DNA of 64,000 bases from contig OZ234493.1 of NCBI GenBank assembly GCA_965153455.1, positions 12,514,213 to 12,578,212 of the forward strand, written 5' to 3'. Source of the stretch: Sphagnum compactum. Lineage: Eukaryota. A model generated the notes under the pieces. The model searched no databases. It had not been told where the DNA came from and worked only from the letters and a program-made list of their open reading frames with translations. Of this stretch, positions 22,555 through 35,144 are shown in pieces (positions within the stretch are counted from its first letter, which is position 1; each line of letters begins with the position of its first letter). Position numbers and translations under genes: made by a program.

Positions 22555-22690
22555 CAGCAGGATTAGGGTTTTGGACATCAGGACATTTGAGTTCTTCACG
22601 AAGAGAGCAGGATTAGGGTTTTGGATTTCAGGACATTTGAGTTCACACAGAGAGCAGGATTAGGGTTTCGGGTTTCAGGACATTTCAGTT
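22555..22690 (-). promoter_or_regulatory. ~50-bp tandem repeat (~2.7 copies), each with a telo-box, in the leader/promoter of the 94-aa gene
   Basis: GCAGGATTAGGGTTT...TCAGGACATTT occurs three times (AAACCCTAAT on the coding strand). Confidence 0.65.
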
Positions 22691-22741
22691 CGAATGGGTT
22701 CAATTATGACCATGTCTTCATACCGAAAAAGGGCCATAATA

Positions 22742-23110
22742 GAGTTATCTGTAAAGTCACCCTGTCTTTGGGCCTGCTTTCACCCCCTATCCCCTCTTTC
22801 AGTGGTATTGCAAAGTAATGAAATTTTATTAAATCTCAGTACGAAACACAGCATTTAATGCACAAGGTTCGAGAGTAATTATAGAAGTTGTACAGGTAGG
22901 AGCAGTCAAAACATATGTAGCAGCAGTGGAGGCCCTGCAATAAACAAAAGTCAGGATGAAACTCAGTTTACCACCAAAATTGACGGAAAAACTAGTTTGG
23001 GTCCCAGTTATTTTGCTTTGTATAATTCTCATTCCAGATACATGTTTGTGCTCTATTATGCCAAAACTAATCGTTCTCGCCCCCTAATTGCAAGACTTTA
23101 CAGATAACTC
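22742..23110. mobile_element. MITE, 369 bp, 17-bp perfect TIR, TA flanks (Tc1/mariner-Stowaway-like)
   Basis: GAGTTATCTGTAAAGTC (22742-22758) and GACTTTACAGATAACTC (23094-23110), each flanked by TA. A diverged inverted copy lies at ~55790-56205. Confidence 0.8.
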
Positions 23111-25524
23111 TAAAGTTAGTGTAGAAGACTTTATGTGTAGGGTAAAGCCTGAGGCCACGGGCTTTAACCCCCCATAAGGGCATGTGTAAAAGAGAGCTCA
23201 GTTTAGTCTTTACATACGAGTGTCCTTGCCACTGGAATAGGTGTGCTTGTTAGGTGTGAACAAAACCTTTGTCACCAATGAGATTGTTGAAATGGGAAGC
23301 TGGCACCTTTGAATGTTGTGACATGCTTTCATAAGGCTTGAAAACAAAATAGGTGTAGAGAAAAAAATTGTAACAAAATGATATTGTTCAAATTGAATGG
23401 TACCTTGAACTATCATATCATGCATGAAGCGAAAATGATTTTGCCTTCACATTTTGTACAATATTCAGAAATATGAAATATTTTGCATACATAATACTTG
23501 CATTCTTCATTATTTCATATAGAATGTTACGTACAACATTATGAAAAATAATCTCTATGTTTCATACACACAAGTTACATACAATATTTTTTGGTATTAT
23601 ATTGGCACACATATAGTGTTAACACTTTATAATTAAGTTGTAATGTAAAATGTATGGTGAAGATTTGGTTTTATGTGTGTGTGTTTGATGGGGGAATGAA
23701 AAGGTTGGGTGATTATATCACACTATGTGTGTATTATGTGTGTGGTCTTGTGTGCATGTGTATATGCTTGAGAAAATCAAGGGGATGTGCATGAATGTGA
23801 TGTTAATTGTGATTGGAATAAGATGTAATCGAAGTATCCCTCTTTGGTGTGTACTGGTGGTGGCTGTCGGGTTCACTCTGGCCATGTGTGAACCAGCTCG
23901 GGGATCATCATTCTCCTCAATGAACGAAACAAGCAGTTGCAGGTTTTCTGCAGGTGGGAGAGCTCAGCTTTCTCCTGAATGACCAAATGGGTTGTTCCTG
24001 GGTAAACTGGGTTTTTCTGTGGAGGCAGAAGAGGCTCAGCTTCGAATATCACACTCGAATGCTGTGAAGACTGCAATGAAGGAAGTTTGTGACAATGTAC
24101 AAAGTAGCATGACTGCCAAGCAGAAGAACCTAAAAGGCCACCAAAACTTTGTCTGAGAAGCTGAGAAAGCACTTCATGCAAGCAGTCTAGACAAGATCCC
24201 AAGTGTGCAAGCAATTCTGAACCTTGATCTTGAAATGGAGAACAAACTTCCTGCCCCTAGATGCAAAACCATCAAGCTGGCTAACTTCTTCAAAGACTGT
24301 AGAGGCCAGAACAGTCATCCCTGCACTCACCAGAGTAGATACTGGAGTCCAAGTGCGTCGCAATTGGCTACCATGGCAATGCCTATTCTAAGTGCCATCT
24401 CAGCTTTCTGAAAGTGCACTTGGAAACCTATACAACTGCTTGAAATGACAGTCATAATTCAAATACAGGAAAGATGTGAAAAGACATACCGGTTTCTGCA
24501 GTTGAGCAGAGACTAACTCCATAGCCTTCATTTTGTATGAAGAGACTTTGTGTGTTTCATCAGCACCTTCAAACTGAACAAAGTTGATCGGCTTTTGTAT
24601 GCATGAAGATAAAAAAAGACCCAAGTGTTTTACAATTAATGGAGATGATCCACATCTCAGCTGACCAGAACTAAAAATCCGTTTTCATTTCAATTGGGCT
24701 CACCAGTCTCACCCTGCATGTCACACAGGCTTTAAACTCCACCTGAACATTTTCTACATGTTAAACGTGTGTTTTGTCCTAGAGGCAGCTCCAAACTAAC
24801 TGGTTCCAATTCCCCCCCATGTGAATTAAATTGTTGATGCCAAAATATCACTCAAATGTCTCCCCAGATTCACTGGAGGGCCCCTTTTACATGGGCTTCC
24901 TCCCTTGACACAATACATTTGTGTACCACAAGGATGTACTGTAAGGCATAGAAGTGTTATTTGACTCAACAGGTGTTGAGAGAGAAGACACAAAGATCTG
25001 ATGTTGTCAACACTGGCTTTCGTCTGCAGAAGAGCTTGACTTTTGTAAGGAGTGTGATGTCAGTGGAGCTGCCCGCCTCTGTCAAACATCCCATCAATTC
25101 ACTTCATTGTCAGATTCTCCTTCTACAATACAGAAATACCCACAGAACAACAATTGAAGACATCCTGACTCCCCCAGATTTTCTGAAACATGGGACATAT
25201 TACCTCAAATGCGACTAACACATTCACAGCTAGATTATCTCCAGCTCAGTGTAACACTAACAAAAATTTAATGATTCAAAATGTGACATCTTCCTTCTGG
25301 GTTGGATTGTAAATCAACCCATCTCTATGATATAACAACACTTTGACAGGTATCTCTTGCATCTGTTCCAGAAAAACCAAAACTAACATAACAAGAATGA
25401 ATGCAGTCATAGCCCAATGGGCATCACTCACCAAGTAATTTGCAATTGAGGTAAGGCGCCAGGTAGAATGAGGTACCCTTCAGTGAATGAATGGGTGAAG
25501 GAAAACACAGAGAGGGTATGATAA

Positions 25525-28500
25525 TTACAAGAGCAAATCAGCGCGTAATCCAGAAGCTGATGCAGCAGCTGCAAATGTGGGGAGTGCATGAGCCACAAAG
25601 GGATGCTCCAACAGTTCTCTTGCAGACGGCCGTTCCTCTGGCTTCACCCGCAAACACCTTCGAATGAAATCCTTTGTCTCACTATTGAGATGAGGAGGTA
25701 TTGGAGGCAGTTCCCCTTTTGTCACCTTGAAAAAGAAACCACACTGCATGGTGGCACATTGTCAATCTTCCATCTTCAACATTGATCCAAATCTCAACTT
25801 TGTGAAATTCTTCAAATCTGCCAAAGTACTCATGCAGCCAATAGAATGCTCAGGATTGTATATCACTCAAGACCCACAAAAGACAGAATGCCAGAGAGAC
25901 TACTCACCACACCCAACTCACTCCAAGGTGGCCTGCCCTGTGCCATTTCAATAACTGTGCAGCCTAAGCTCCAGATATCTACTGCAACACCATAAGCCCT
26001 ATTGTTCTTGACTGGTACCATTACCTGTCACATATAGAACTGCTTACAAGTTTAGAGTCTGGAGTAATAAATGTCATATAGAACATATCAGCATTGGGTC
26101 AAGAGGAAAGAGGTCTAGTGTCACTGGACTTCAGCACACCCAAAATAACTAATTGTCTCATCCACCATGCACAACAAACACTGACCTCAGGTGCCATGTA
26201 GAATGGGGTACCCTTAAATGATGTAGCTAGAGCTTTATTCATCTGCAACATAAGAAATGACAACCAATATCAGATATCAGCTTCTCAACAGGCTACCTTC
26301 CAAACAATGAGTCTCAGAGTCCTGCTAAATCTTTGTCTTTGAATCAGAACACATTGACAGGAATCACTGAAGGGGAGTAACAAAAATTCTTCTTTGGGCT
26401 TTAGAATTTAAGTTCCATATATTTGGTCACATGAAGTCCAGGCGCACACTTTTACAAGAACATGAATGTGGAACAGTGTAGGTTGCCCTTGTGAGGGCTA
26501 ACAGTTATAGAGCAGTGAGGTTCCAAAAGTGCATATCACAATCTGCAACAAGAGCAAGGGAGCAGATAGGGTCACCTGTTTTGCCAATCCAAAATCCGCA
26601 AGCTTCACTTGACCATTTGAATCCACCAGAATGTTGCCACACTTGATATCTCTGCATACATAAACAGGAAACCCATGGTATCAATCTCCCCACTCTGTCT
26701 ACCTGCCAATGTAGTATTATCTCATTTCACTTCAGCAGAAAAGAATGCTTAGTATCCTCAGAGACTACAACTCTTTATCATACTCTGCAAACAGGATCAT
26801 TGAGAACCATCCCTTTTCCAGGTAGACTTGAACTGCATCACACAAGCAGATTGCCTTCACACAATGATGAACAACAAACACCAACCAATGTTTGTTTGAA
26901 AGGTGTGGGAAAATTTGTACCTGTGAATCGTGTTTTTGCTATGCAAGTATTCCAATCCTTCAAGAATTTGGCGAGTGTATGTGCTGATTATCACCTCATC
27001 AAAAACTTGGAACTTCTTCAGGATGGACTGAAGCGATCCCATTTTCACTAGCTCTAGGAATATATAGAGACATCCATTCTCCTAAGAAACATGTCAAAAA
27101 ACAGAGATTCAGCCCATATTCTTGTACTTGCCAAACCATCTGGCACCCTTGTAATCAATGACCATCCATTCAACTGACAAAAACTTACCTCAGCATCTCT
27201 AACTCTAGTTTGCCAACAAGCATGTGGGCAATAAAAAGGCAAGCAAACATACTATGGTAGAGCCATAATATTGGACAATGTTGGGATGTCTGAGCCTGCT
27301 TAACATTGTAACTTCCTGCCATATATACCAGAAAGAACCACGAGAGATGTGTTAGATGCCTACATGAGCACAGTACTCAAGTGCAAAGTCATATTGAACC
27401 ATCTCGATCTGGGATCAGAGTATCTAGGTGATATGCATGGTGTGTACAGATCATAACCATAGTGGGATACAAAGTTCATGCAGGAGTCCAGTGGCGTTGG
27501 GAGATTTGGTAACAGTGGATTCTAGACCAAGCTAAAAAACTGAATCACCTCCAGTCCAACCTTCAGAACCTGACTGACTCATACCTGCTGGATCTCTGGT
27601 GCTATAGATTCACTGTCAATCACTTTTACAGCAAAAAAACTCCCGTCGTCCCTGTATACACATGCACAAACTACCAAAGTTAGAAGCCTAGATGTGCTTG
27701 ATTTTCCACCAAAAATTGAAAGAGGGAAGAATGTCTATGACATTCTGCAATGGGGAACCATCATTATGGAAGGTGAAGAGGAAGAGAAGATGTAGGAGGA
27801 AGAGGAAGAGGAAGAACTCACAGATTCCAGCCTTCGTAAACTGTTCCAAATGAGCCTTTGCCAAGTTCTTGACCCTTTCGCCACCTCTTTGGGGGTCTTG
27901 CAACTGGAGAATGGCAAGGAGATCGGAGGGGTGACAGATGGGGTGATCTACAGGGTGACCGTTGAGGAGAAGAGTAACGGGTAGAATGGTAAGGAGAGTG
28001 GGACAGTGAGTGTGGGGAAGAAGAGACGTGAGAAGGAACACGAGGCAGTTCTAGCCCACGATTGCTTCGCATCCAGTCTGCGTCAACCCTCAGTCCCATC
28101 CCAGCTGTGATTCCATGGGAGGGGGACTGGGCATGAGGCTCCGGAGGAGGTGACCGGGGTGGTGTCGGGAGTTTATGAGGTTGATACACACGCTCATGGA
28201 GGGAAGTGGACGGTAAAACTGGTGATGATAGTCCCTTTGGGCTTCGCTGTGGGGTGGATGCCCCTGACATCTCCCATGGGGTTCCTTTCCCAGTACCCGT
28301 TGAATCTTCTGATTCTATGCGAGGACTGAGGAGTACCGTAGGTGTGGAAGACCTCCTCTCATACAGATTCCGAACAACATTCTGGCTCAGTATTGGCTCT
28401 GACTTAAAGCGTGCCAGTGGCTGAATTCCTGTTGCAATATGGTCACACCTTCAGAAACAGAGAACCATAAAAAAAGCAAAAGAGCATTAATACTGACAGA

Positions 28501-29625
28501 CAGACACAAAAGTCTTCCAACCCTAATCATGCTACAATTGCTCATGAACCAAAAATAGACTTTTCCATGTTCACAGGTCATTCCCAGATTTTATTTTGTG
28601 GTGAGCAGTAGCCCATGTTGCTAGCTCCAGTAACAAGTTCAATAGAATAAATTATAGCAACAATCTATCCTGAGCACTTGTTGACTGTGCAGTGGGATGC
28701 TTCTTCTAGGGCTGTGAGTGACAAGTTTTTTTTTTTCTATCTCCAGAACCACTCCACTGTCATGCAATCAATGTTTCACAGTATATATCAAGAGGCACAG
28801 AGTAGGACTCACCATTTGAGCAAAGATGGGTTGACTGATTGCCAATTGCAATCCCTCCAATCTGTGAGCAAGAATCACGACCTTCAGGCATAACAGCTGT
28901 CCCTAGGAATGCCTGGGGTGCGGCTGACTTACTGTAGAACAGCGGTTGCTCTGTGGCCAACCTTTCGCCTCTAGGAGATCCACTTGTGCTGCGCTCTGAT
29001 ATTTCTGAATCTGAAGAAGAAGACCACCTCTCATTTGCCCCATGCTCTTTAATGTAGGTCAATATTTTTCCTCCTTCATTTTCATCAGCACCCAACACCT
29101 GCCTCCACACCACTCTCCATGCATGTCAACATGAAATGCACCTTAGAGAAAAGGACGAATGAAAACAAACACAAGAAAGTAGCTGCCATAGCACTCACAA
29201 GAAAATACAAGGACAAAAGGGGACACCCTACTCTACTCTCCTCTCTCAAATTACTACTGCTTGTCCCACAAAGTGCTTACCTTCAATACTTTTTGGCTGC
29301 AACACACTTGGTTGTGGTGGGAGATTCCATTTGATGCTGCACGTGGGGTTCCATTTGAAGAATGTTCAGATCCTTCATTGGATGCATGCTCTCGGCGTGT
29401 ACCTGGACCATGATCTAAGCTCCCATTCCGACAAGGGCGAGGGCTGGATGATGTCCCATGCACCACCCTAGCCGGCTGTGTCATTGCATCCCACACCGGA
29501 GGCTCTACCCCAACTTTGAAGCCCTTGAATTCACGATCTTGTGCCTCGCACGATGACAACACTGAATCTGCATGCCCATTGCTCCTCACCACCTTCTTCT
29601 TCTTCAGCATGTCAAAAATCTTCAT
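25525..29625 (-). CDS. MEKK-type mitogen-activated protein kinase kinase kinase (10 coding exons)
   Basis: Exons ~29625-29281, 29098-28882, 28428-27822, 27651-27585, 27315-27253, 27081-26921, 26651-26576, 26242-26186, 26024-25908, 25743-25525. Motifs [69 protein letters not shown]; long Ser/Pro-rich N-terminus. Confidence 0.95.
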
Positions 29626-30630
29626 CCTCCTTTAGAATGGCATGGGACCCTTGTGAAGAATTTTCATGTAACAACAACTTTCCTATACTGCTTGCTCATT
29701 GCCCCAACTCTCAAAACTCAAATTCTCAACAGAAAAGTGCCCCAGTAAAGGAAAGCCTACAATCCCTCCAAATATCACAACCCTACAATCCCTTCAAAGA
29801 CCAAAACCCTAAACTCCCTCCGCCAAAGATCCGAAGCCTACAATCCCTTCCAAAAATCTATCTGATCAGCTCGTTTTCGTCACCAATAAAACCCTAATCT
29901 GCTCTCAACGTGTGTAGCATTGCTGCAAAGAAAAAAAAAAACTCTCTCAAAAACAGACAGGCTTTGCAAAATGCGCTACTCAACCACCCAACAGTCCTCT
30001 ACCCAAGAACCAACCCACAGTCTCCTTGGAAGCCATATGCAACCACGGAAATGGAAGCCAGAAATCCCTCGAAAACTCGTCGATCACGAAACCCTAATAC
30101 GCAACGCAGACCCCAAAACCACCGCAGTCACAAAGAAGATCAACAACAATAAGAAAAATAAAATCCCCCAACACCCAAAACCCACACGTCCCAATACTAC
30201 ACTACTTCTTGAGAGTAACATGAAGAAGCTCCGCAGCAACACTCTCCACAAAACCAAAACCCAACACAAAGCTCTTCTTGCACCACCCTCCTTGAACCCA
30301 TCTCTCTTGCACACCTCTCTCTCTCTCTCTCGGTGGCTCTAAACGCAAAAATGTAAAATTATTTATCTATACCCCAGTGAGTGCCACAAAACTGCAAGCA
30401 AGCAATACAAAACAAAAGGAAGTGACGAGAGGATGGATGTGTACCAGGATGTGTGCAAGGAAAAGAACCCATCAAAAACCAAAAAAACGCACATACACAC
30501 AACCACCCACCCACCCACCCACCTTGGGCTGGCTTTGGAGTGAGTGGGTTGGGTTGGGTTGGGTGGGGTTCCAGAAAAGAGAAGCAACAAACACCTTCAT
30601 AGACACCAGAAGACAAAAGTTTTACTTATT

Positions 30631-30657
30631 ACAACAACAACAACAACAACAACAACA
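30631..30657. repeat. (ACA)n microsatellite
   Basis: About 9 ACA units upstream of the MAPKKK. Confidence 0.9.
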
Positions 30658-31089
30658 GAACAAACTCTTCAACCATTTCGCGTAAGTAAGTACACACTGC
30701 CGCTACACAAGAGCATAATGCTTTTTCCTTCCCCCATGCCGCGTAATCTCGTGGCTTGATGATCAATCACCAACAGTTAGAAAAATTCTTGAGCATATTC
30801 GCAACAAAAATTGGACACCCAGAAAAGGGGGAAAAAAGGGGAAAAAAAAGAAAAAAAAAAGGGAGGGTGGAAGGGGGGGGGTTGTGAAAAATCAGAGAGT
30901 AAAACAAAGAGAAATTTCTCTCTCGCTCAACCTTCTTTTCTTTCTTCTTTCTTGTGTTTCTTGTTGGTGGTGGCGGTGTTTGTAAACGGCGGTGCATTCC
31001 GACAACGGAGATGCGTGAATGCATTTGCTGCTGCTGCGTCTGTCGCTGCCCAGCGAGCGAGCGAGCGAGCGAGAAGGGGGGCGGGGAGC

Positions 31090-31372
31090 TGCTGCTTGGA
31101 TGAACAGAAAGCACAATCGAGAGCAATTTGGATGAATAGAGAGCGGGGAGTCAGTGGACCAGTTTGGATGAACAGAGAGAAGCGAAACCGAAGAGGGAGT
31201 GAAGCAGTTTGGATGAATAGTTTAAAGAGAATTCCAAAGAGGGGCAATTTGCATGGATAGAAAACGAAATTGGAAGCGGGCGCAGCAGTTTGGATGAATA
31301 GTTTAAGAGAATTCCAAAGAAGGCAATTTGCATGGATAGAAAACGAGATCAAAAGGCGGCAATTTGGATGGA
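31090..31372. repeat. Iterated TTTGGATGAA / TTTGCATGGA motifs with an ~80-bp duplication upstream of the MAPKKK
   Basis: GCAGTTTGGATGAATAGTTTAA(A)GAGAATTCCAAAGA.G.GCAATTTGCATGGATAGAAAACGA at ~31204 and ~31285, plus several shorter copies. Confidence 0.7.
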
Positions 31373-31963
31373 GTTGTTTGTCTGTGCATTTGACTGCTTG
31401 GATCAAAAACTTTTCATTCATCCATTCATTCATTTTCTTTTATTCATTACCCTGACTTAGTGGCCTTACAGTTTTTCATTCATCACATGGGAATTGCTTG
31501 CTTTTGAAGGTACCATAGATATACATATTGGCCTCTTTTTTCTTTTTCTTTTTCTTTTTTTTGGGCTGCATTTTTTTTTTTATTAAAAAATTTTATTTCA
31601 CCCATTTTGGAGTGGGGTTTTTCTATGTACAAAGGTGGTGTAAAAGTTTTTTTTTAATGTAAAAGTAAATAAAATAATATGAAATACAAGTATGTTTAAA
31701 ACTAAGTATAAATAAATGTAAATATTGTGGAATGAACCTTGTCTATTTACACCGTTATTCAGATTTAATTAAATGGCTTAATAATCAAAATCAACCTTTG
31801 AAACAATCCTAATTAAATTTAATCAACCTTGGTTTTTTTAACAAAAAATTTAATATAATTTTAAACATATAATATATAACTTTATACTAATCAACATACT
31901 TAAACTTGTGTATGATTAAAAAAAGTGGAATGGGTATCAAAAAATAGTAAATTATAATTAAGA

Positions 31964-32510
31964 CTAGTGTGAACCCGGTGCATAATGCACCCGTCGAGCT
32001 CCCCCCTCGCTCGATCCTTCCCATTGCTCAGTCCGGTTCTTTATCCCGTCAACCGCCCCCCTCCTTCGCATTTTCCACTCCGATTTTTTAACTCGTTGAT
32101 CCCCCCCCCCCCGTTCCCCTGTTATATATTAACTTCTCACCCCGTGTTGGCCCCCCCCCCTTGCCCGTGAAGAAAAAACACACTTGTTAGGTGCCCACCC
32201 CTTTTTGAGACAGAAAGTCTAATGAGGGTAAGGAAGGCACCCAATGCACCCTCCAAAATACACTTCACATAAGCATATGGTACCTCAAGCTCTACCATGG
32301 GTAAGGTCCAGGAGTCTGGGGGAGCCCCAAAATGCAGGGCCGGATTTCAATACCTACTGGCTCGTGCCCGTGCTGGCCCCCTCCGCCCGTGCTAGCCCCC
32401 CCTTTGCTGGTCCCCCCCCGCCTCGTCACTCGCTGCTTCACCAGGCATCTCCCTTCCCCACCCCCCAAAACCTCCGTCACAGACACAGAGAAGATAAGAT
32501 ATTAAGATAA
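31964..32510 (-). mobile_element. Helitron-type 3' terminus (5' end not located)
   Basis: Minus strand reads GGTGCA-TTA-TGCACC hairpin, 9 nt, then CTAG followed by T, at an abrupt GC/AT boundary. This is the canonical Helitron 3' signature. Confidence 0.65.
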
Positions 32511-33877
32511 GGTGGCTTAAATATGTTTGTATTTAAAAAATTAAACGATAATAGGGTGAAAAATAGGTTGGACAATTATCTAATACCCCCCAAAAGATAC
32601 CTTGTTTGACACTTAAAATTCGACACTATTGATGTGGTTACACTTGTTTTTAAAAAAATATAATATAATGTAAACAATTAAAAATGATGTTGAATTGTGA
32701 ATGGTTTTCACAATGTGTTAAATGTATGCATGACTTGGAACTAGCCAATTTTTTTTTTAAATTTATAAATGATATACAACCTTTCAACTAAACTATAATA
32801 AATCGTTTTCCTACCACTTGGGCTCACAATTCAAAACCAAAAGAAAAGAACAACAAAATCATTAAATTATTGACATAACACCGAATTTTCAATGGTCCTT
32901 GATTCACAATCCAACCTTGTGTGTGTATGCACGTGCATGTGTGTTTGCTTGTGCATGTGCATATATGTTAGATATTTTCATTTGAGCCATAAATTCAATT
33001 TTATTTATTATTTTGGGTCACGTGTATAAAATATTTAGTTAGATTTTATTTTTTTGTTTTATTTTTGAATTCCAAATTAATTTTTTTGTGCCAAAATTTT
33101 GCCACTTAGCAACAAAAATAAAAAGGCTGAAATATGACTTGTAAAAAGGATTTTTTTGAGGAAAAAATCTCCCAAAGTTGCCATATTAGAAGGGGGAAAA
33201 AGTTAAAATCACAATATTTTATACCATAAGTTTTTGCATGTCACTAATACATATAATACATAGAAGGGTTTCAATTTTTTTTTTACTTTTCTTTTAGAAA
33301 TGTAGCCAAATTTAGTTAAGTCTTCTTGTGGACAATCACCACCAATCCACCCACCTCACAAAATTGAAATAATAATAAAATCCCCTATTTCCAATTTCTC
33401 GTTTTGATCATACTTTTGTAAACATTTATTTATTTGATCCATGTAATTTGCTTCTATGAAGGTTTCAATTGTTATTTTATATTTTTTAGAATTCCTTTTC
33501 TATTATATTCTTGTTTTTCTTTCTAATCATTTTCATATGAACATTTTACTCACATTTTATTTGATATTCTAATTGCATTATCTATTTTTTTATCTTTTTT
33601 GGATGAAGGTTTTGATTGCAACATACACAGTCATATGTATTAAGGTTTAAGTCGCACCTTCTTTTTACCCTTTTTTTGGGGTTTTGTTTATAATGCTTAC
33701 ATTTATATCATCTATATAGTGCATTTGCATGTTATGTATCAAAATTATTTTAAAAAAAGGACATGTTCAACATTATGAAGATTATTTGATCATAAATGAA
33801 ATATGTATTATTACATTTAATATCACATTTTATGAATTCATAAACATGCATGACATGTCTAAATTGATCAACACATC

Positions 33878-33958
33878 AATTGTTGAGCAAAATGTTGTTG
33901 CATCAGATGCGATAATTGCTCATCAAAATGTTGTTGCATCAGATGAGACAATTGGTAT
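33878..33958 (+). repeat. Fragment of the 36-bp QNVVASD repeat also found at 13850-14075
   Basis: CAATTGTTGAGCAAAATGTTGTTGCATCAGATGCGATAATTGCTCATCAAAATGTTGTTGCATCAGATGAGACAATTGGTA. Confidence 0.85.
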
Positions 33959-34001
33959 TTCAACATAATTATTACATTTTTCCACTTGATTCCACCTATT
34001 C

Positions 34002-34225
34002 CTCAATAAATTATATCCATTTAAGTTTTCTTTCATTATTGTTTCTTCTACACACTCAATAAGATTATATCCATTTAAGTTTTCTTTCATTATTGTTTCT
34101 TCTACACACTCAATAAAATTATATCCATTTAAGTTTTCTTTCATTATTGTTTCCTCTACACACTCAATAAGATTATATCCATTTAAGTTTTCTTTCATTA
34201 TTGTTTCCTCTACACACTCAATAAG
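34002..34225. repeat. 54-bp minisatellite, ~4.1 near-identical copies
   Basis: CTCAATAARATTATATCCATTTAAGTTTTCTTTCATTATTGTTTCYTCTACACA starting at 34002, 34055, 34109, 34163, 34217. Confidence 0.95.
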
Positions 34226-35105
34226 AGTTTAGACAAGGGGGTGTGTCACACTATGGCCTTGCCATTTACATTAAAAAGTATCTTAAATCAAAAGAAGAAT
34301 TATAATAGAAACTCAAATATTTCACCATACAAAAATACAATTTTAAAAAAATCCTCTAAAAGAAACCAAAATCCTTCAAGATATCATAACTCTATAACTA
34401 ATCCCAAGTTTCAACACAAGCCAAAATATTATCTTTCAAAAATCCTCATATAAAAATAAATAGACCTATTATTATTTGTTATTACCTTGGGGCCTATAAA
34501 AATCCCTTAAGTTACTATAGTCTATAATGAATCATGTGCAAAGGATCTTTACAACTTGTCAAAGGCATGCATGTGCAAGGACCCCCCCATTTTTCTCCCT
34601 ATTTTTCTTCTTCACACATTCTAAGGTCCCATGCCATGCTAATTCCAAGGTATAATGGTTGGTTGCCAAGGGTAATAATGTCTTTCTTTTGTGTCCTACC
34701 ATTTTTACACACACCAATTCCAACAACAAATTCCACTCCTTTTAAATCATAAATGTTCTCTTCACATATTACAAATAATAATAAAAAATGCACAACACAT
34801 GTAAGTGTACAACACACATAACATTACACTTCATAATGGTTGCTATTAGAGGCCGATTACGCCGTGTCATAATGTCTTTCTCTCTCCTTCCGGTCCTCTC
34901 GCCCCTCCCCTCCCTCTTTCCCAAGGACCCATTCCCTCTCGCTCGTTGCTCGCCTCTTTGCGTCGGTGGAAGTCGGTTTGGGCGCAGCAAATCCGCATCA
35001 ATTTCGACGAATTGAATGCCGTTACGAGTCCCATCGCATGTGCACATTCGCCAGATTCCCGTTGCCATGCGGTGAAGGACGACGGTATGCGAATTTCTCT
35101 TGGTT

Positions 35106-35107
<2 letters not shown>

Positions 35108-35143
<36 letters not shown>
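35108..35143 (+). repeat. Poly-G tract (36 G) in the 5' region of the WD40 gene
   Basis: Uninterrupted G run. Confidence 0.9.

Positions 35144-35144
<1 letters not shown>

Noticed and set aside
33923-34198. MKENLNGYNLIECVEETI repeat ORF
   Set aside because: Translation of the 54-bp minisatellite; no other support.
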